Of a DNA stretch of 64,000 bases, positions 59,975 to 64,000 are shown one piece after another. Each line of letters begins with the position of its first letter. The stretch's first letter is position 1. The notes below the pieces were generated by a model that was not told the origin of the DNA, ran no database searches, and worked only from the letters and a program-made list of their open reading frames with translations. This DNA comes from Nitrosopumilus sp. (lineage in GTDB: Archaea; Thermoproteota; Nitrososphaeria; Nitrososphaerales; Nitrosopumilaceae), in assembly GCA_965205675.1 (NCBI GenBank), contig OZ242186.1:576001-640000 (forward strand). The letters are read 5' to 3'. A program made the position numbers and the translations under genes.

Positions 59975-62900
59975 TTGCCAAAAAATGAATCATTGAAGAA
60001 AATTCTTGTCTTGGGAAGTGGAGCTATTAAAATTGGAGAAGCTGGTGAGTTTGATTATTCTGGAAGTCAATGTCTTAAAGCAATTCATGAAGATGGACTG
60101 AATAGTGTTTTAATTAATCCTAATATTGCTACCATTCAAACAGATACAAGATTTGCAGATCAGGTGTATCTACTTCCAGTAAATGCAGAATATGTGGAAT
60201 CCATTATTGAAAAAGAAAGACCTGATGGAATTATGTTGGCTTACGGTGGACAAACTGCCCTAAATTGCGGTGTTAACTTGGAGGAATCAGGCATTCTCAA
60301 AAAATATGGCGTGAATGTACTTGGAACTCAGATTAAAGGCATTCAGAGAACTGAGGATAGGCAACTTTTCAAAGATTCCATGAAGGACTGTGGGGTGCCT
60401 GTATTGAGAAGTAAAACTGTCAATAACTTTGAGGATGCCAAAAAAGCTGCAGAAGAACTAGTCTATCCTGTAATAATTCGAGTTGCATACACTCTTGGAG
60501 GTCGTGGCGGTGGTGTTGCATATAATGAAATTGAATTACATGAAATTGTTGAGCGTGGTCTCAAGGCAAGTATTGTAAAACAAGTTCTAGTTGAAGAATA
60601 CATTGGACATTGGAAACAAATTGAATATGAAGTTATGCAAGATTATGGTGGAAATAATGTAATTGTTTGTAACATGGAAAATGTTCTTTCCATGAAAGTA
60701 CACACTGGTGATAACATTGTAGTTGCCCCTTCACAAACTATTGATAACCATGAATATCATATGTTACGTTCTGCAGCATTACGTGCAACTAAACATGTTG
60801 GTATTGTTGGAGAATGTAATATTCAATATGCCCTTGCGCCTGATTCTGACAGATATGTCGCAATTGAAATTAATCCTAGACTTTCTCGCTCTTCTGCTTT
60901 AGCAAGTAAAGCTACTGGATATCCTTTAGCATATATGTCTGCCAAAATTGGATTGGGGTACAATCTATCTGAGCTTGTTAATCGAATCACTAAAAGTACT
61001 ACTGCGTGTTTTGAACCGTCTCTTGATTATGTCGTATGTAAACATCCTAGATGGGACTTTGGAAAATTTGAACTAGTCAATAGAAGACTTGGTCCTACTA
61101 TGAAATCTGTTGGAGAAGTTATGGCAGTTGGTAGAACGTTTGAAGAATCATTTCAGAAAGCAATTCGAATGTTGGATATTGGAAATGATGGATTAGTTTT
61201 GAATCGTTCAAATGGAAAATCTTACACTGAAGAAGAAATTGAATACAAACTATCTCATCATGATGACCAGATACTATACTATGTTGCAATTGCCCTAAAA
61301 ATGGGAGTTTCAGTTGAACGTATTTACAAATTATCTACTGTTGATTCTTGGTTTGTAGAAAAAATACAAAATATTGTAAACGTTGAAGAAAAATTAAAAA
61401 ATTCTGAATTAGATGAATTTCTTCTCTGGGATGCCAAAAAAACTGGTTTTGCTGACAAACAAATCGCACGTGCCCAGGACAAAAATCCTGACGAAATACG
61501 TGCTTTGAGAAAGAAATTAGGAGTGGTTCCTTCAGTAAAGCAAATTGATACTCTTGCAGCTGAATGGCCTGCTGTTACCAATTATCTCTATTTGACATAT
61601 GGTGGGCATTCTCATGATGTTATTGTTCCTGAGAATCAGCAAAGTATTGTGGTACTTGGTGCTGGACCATACCGTATTGGAAGTAGTGTCGAGTTTGATT
61701 GGGGAACTGTCAATATGGTTTGGGGTCTGCAAGAGAATGGAGAAAAACATGTTTCAGTAGTTAATTGTAATCCTGAAACCGTTTCAACTGATTATGATAT
61801 TTGTACTAGACTGTACTTTGAAGAATTAACTCAAGAACGTATTTTAGATATTACCGAATTTGAAAATCCTAAAGGAATTATTACATGTGTTGGTGGGCAA
61901 ACTGCAAACAATCTAACTCCTGGGTTGGCTCAACACGGTGTGAATATTCTTGGTACTAGCGCTCATGATGTAGATAGGGCTGAAGATCGTTCTAAATTTA
62001 GTGCTGAACTTGACAAACTTCACATACAACAGCCACGTTGGCAAGCTTTCTCTAATCTTAATGAAGCAAAATCTTTTGCACAAGAAGTTGAATTTCCTGT
62101 AATCGTAAGGCCGTCTTACGTTTTATCTGGTGCTGCTATGAAAGTTGTTTGGTCTCAAGAAGAATTAAAAACATATGTCCAAGAAGCTACTGATGTTTCA
62201 CCTGATCATCCTGTTGTAATTTCAAAATTCATGTTAAACTCTCTTGAAGTTGATGTTGATGGTATCAGTAATGGTAAAGAAGTTGTGATTGGTGCCATCG
62301 TTGAACATATTGACAGTGCAGGTGTTCATTCTGGTGATGCTATGATGGTTATTCCACCTTGGCGTTTAAATAATAAAATTATTGAAACAATTAATGAATA
62401 CACGAAAAAAATTGCATTGACATTTAATGTAAAAGGACCATTTAATCTCCAATTTTTGATACATGATGATCATGTTTATGTAATTGAGTTAAACATCAGA
62501 GCCTCTCGTTCTATGCCTTTTGTCTCAAAATTAGTCAAAACAAACCTAATTTCTCTTGCATCAAAGGCAATTTTGAATAAACCTCTTCCTAAAATTCCTG
62601 AAAATAAATGGCAAAAAATCCATAATTATGGAATCAAAGTCCCTCAGTTTTCATTCATGCAATTGGAAGGTGCTGATATTGCACTGGGAGTTGAAATGCA
62701 GTCCACTGGTGAGGCGGCATGTTTTGGAAACAGCTTTTATGATGCACTATCTAAGGGATTAACCTCTGTTGGATATAATCTCCCAGACAAAGGTTCTGCA
62801 CTTGTCACTGTTGGAGGTGCACAAAATAAAGAAAAATTAGTCTCCACTATAGCTAAACTCAAACATTTGGGTTTTAATATTCTGGCAACTGAACATACTG

Positions 62901-63217
62901 CTGAATTTTTTGAAGAAAAAATCGGCCAAGTTGAAATTGTACATAAAATATCCGAACCTGAAAGAAAACCAAATATCTCTGATTTATTATATGAACGAAA
63001 AATTGATTTTATAATAAATATACCAAGTACATCTACTTTAGAAAAATATGTTGGAATGTTAGATGATGAATACCAAATTCGACGAAAATCTTTAGAATTG
63101 GGCATTCCTGTTTTAACTACTATAGAATTAGCTGATTCATTTGTTAAAACACTAGAATGGTTACGTGATAACAAAACTACAAAAGATCCCATTGAACCTT
63201 ATGACAAGTATGAATAA
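59975..63217 (+). CDS. carB: carbamoyl-phosphate synthase large subunit
   Basis: GEAGEFDYSG, two ATP-grasp modules and C-terminal MGS domain. Confidence 0.97.
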   Translation: MPKNESLKKILVLGSGAIKIGEAGEFDYSGSQCLKAIHEDGLNSVLINPNIATIQTDTRFADQVYLLPVNAEYVESIIEKERPDGIMLAYGGQTALNCGVNLEESGILKKYGVNVLGTQIKGIQRTEDRQLFKDSMKDCGVPVLRSKTVNNFEDAKKAAEELVYPVIIRVAYTLGGRGGGVAYNEIELHEIVERGLKASIVKQVLVEEYIGHWKQIEYEVMQDYGGNNVIVCNMENVLSMKVHTGDNIVVAPSQTIDNHEYHMLRSAALRATKHVGIVGECNIQYALAPDSDRYVAIEINPRLSRSSALASKATGYPLAYMSAKIGLGYNLSELVNRITKSTTACFEPSLDYVVCKHPRWDFGKFELVNRRLGPTMKSVGEVMAVGRTFEESFQKAIRMLDIGNDGLVLNRSNGKSYTEEEIEYKLSHHDDQILYYVAIALKMGVSVERIYKLSTVDSWFVEKIQNIVNVEEKLKNSELDEFLLWDAKKTGFADKQIARAQDKNPDEIRALRKKLGVVPSVKQIDTLAAEWPAVTNYLYLTYGGHSHDVIVPENQQSIVVLGAGPYRIGSSVEFDWGTVNMVWGLQENGEKHVSVVNCNPETVSTDYDICTRLYFEELTQERILDITEFENPKGIITCVGGQTANNLTPGLAQHGVNILGTSAHDVDRAEDRSKFSAELDKLHIQQPRWQAFSNLNEAKSFAQEVEFPVIVRPSYVLSGAAMKVVWSQEELKTYVQEATDVSPDHPVVISKFMLNSLEVDVDGISNGKEVVIGAIVEHIDSAGVHSGDAMMVIPPWRLNNKIIETINEYTKKIALTFNVKGPFNLQFLIHDDHVYVIELNIRASRSMPFVSKLVKTNLISLASKAILNKPLPKIPENKWQKIHNYGIKVPQFSFMQLEGADIALGVEMQSTGEAACFGNSFYDALSKGLTSVGYNLPDKGSALVTVGGAQNKEKLVSTIAKLKHLGFNILATEHTAEFFEEKIGQVEIVHKISEPERKPNISDLLYERKIDFIINIPSTSTLEKYVGMLDDEYQIRRKSLELGIPVLTTIELADSFVKTLEWLRDNKTTKDPIEPYDKYE

Positions 63218-63549
63218 TTCTAAAAAATATAACTGCAAATATTCTGTAAAATAACAATCACAAAAAAATTCTCTGATGATGAACTTGATGTAGTTTTAAG
63301 TAAAATTGAGAAATCTGAAACTGATGGTATGGTAAGAAGCATAAATTCGTAAGTTATTCTTTAGATGTTTTAATTTCTAACATTTGGTGCTTGGGTAAAA
63401 TCGCCTGATTCCTAGTTTCTTTGGAACTATTTAGCTCCCCAACTTTGTCTTTTTGCTATTAGATTCACCAATCTAAAAAATACTGTGAAAAAATTTTTAT
63501 AAAAATAACGATTACAGAATTTAAACTCAAAGATATTTTGATATTTTTA

Positions 63550-64000
63550 GATGAAAATGGTCTTGTACAATAGATTTTCTTTGATGCTAATTCTTGGATC
63601 CCATGACTTGCATTTTATCGAATATATGAAAAAGGCAGAGATTTGATTGTAAAATTTACTAGGAATTCTGGTGGTAAATGGAATAGGAAATGGTTATTCT
63701 GCATCTCTTTTATGTCAAAACTGTGTCTATTCATCTGAAACTCGTATTCTAAAACTGTAAAAGTTTGGATAAAATTCCAAAGACATCCTCTAACTGTACC
63801 ATGAAAGGTAAACCCGTGCACAAAATTTGTTTGATTAAATCACTTGGTTGATGTTTGACTCATTTCCAATAATTGTTCCATCCAGTGTGATTATTCTTGC
63901 TTTGGTTATTTCTGTAATTTTGTTTATTATTGGAGAAATTGATTTTTTGTATTGTTTTCTATGTGTTGCGTAAAAATATTTGTTAAATGATGGCATGATT
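63550..64000 (-). pseudogene. possible degraded gene running off the window edge
   Basis: Short coding-like segments in shifting frames with stops; family not recognised. Confidence 0.3.

Noticed and set aside
1207-63192. Numerous 60-170 aa ORFs antisense to or nested in long genes
   Set aside because: They are shadow frames of well-supported genes with no independent motifs.

Overview
Low-GC chromosomal window from an ammonia-oxidising archaeon of the Nitrosopumilus type. Evidence: Nmar_1110-like malonic semialdehyde reductase, a PEFG-CTERM protein, a cdvC/ESCRT-III locus, archaeal rpl40e and a tRNA-Val with a BHB intron. The core backbone is sucCD, ileS, folD/purN, uvrBAC, gltA, cdvC and carAB. 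It is interrupted by many mobile elements and decayed genes: two IS3 copies, IS66, two IS630, IS110/IS1111, an IS1595 remnant, a tyrosine-integrase island, and purD and mscS pseudogenes. This pattern suggests a host-associated lineage (inference). Main candidates for follow-up: (1) an intact IS110/IS1111-type element whose structured 3' non-coding end contains short matches to its own target and donor junctions, a candidate archaeal bridge/seek RNA; (2) a translationally coupled operon of a Ddl-like ATP-grasp::degenerate M20 fusion, a cytoplasmic GGT and an N-formylglutamate amidohydrolase, next to a CPA2 antiporter; (3) an integrase island bounded by a 14-bp direct repeat, holding nested IS66-in-IS3 beside an IS630 remnant and a captured sdhB fragment. 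All calls come from reading motifs by eye; no database searches were run.
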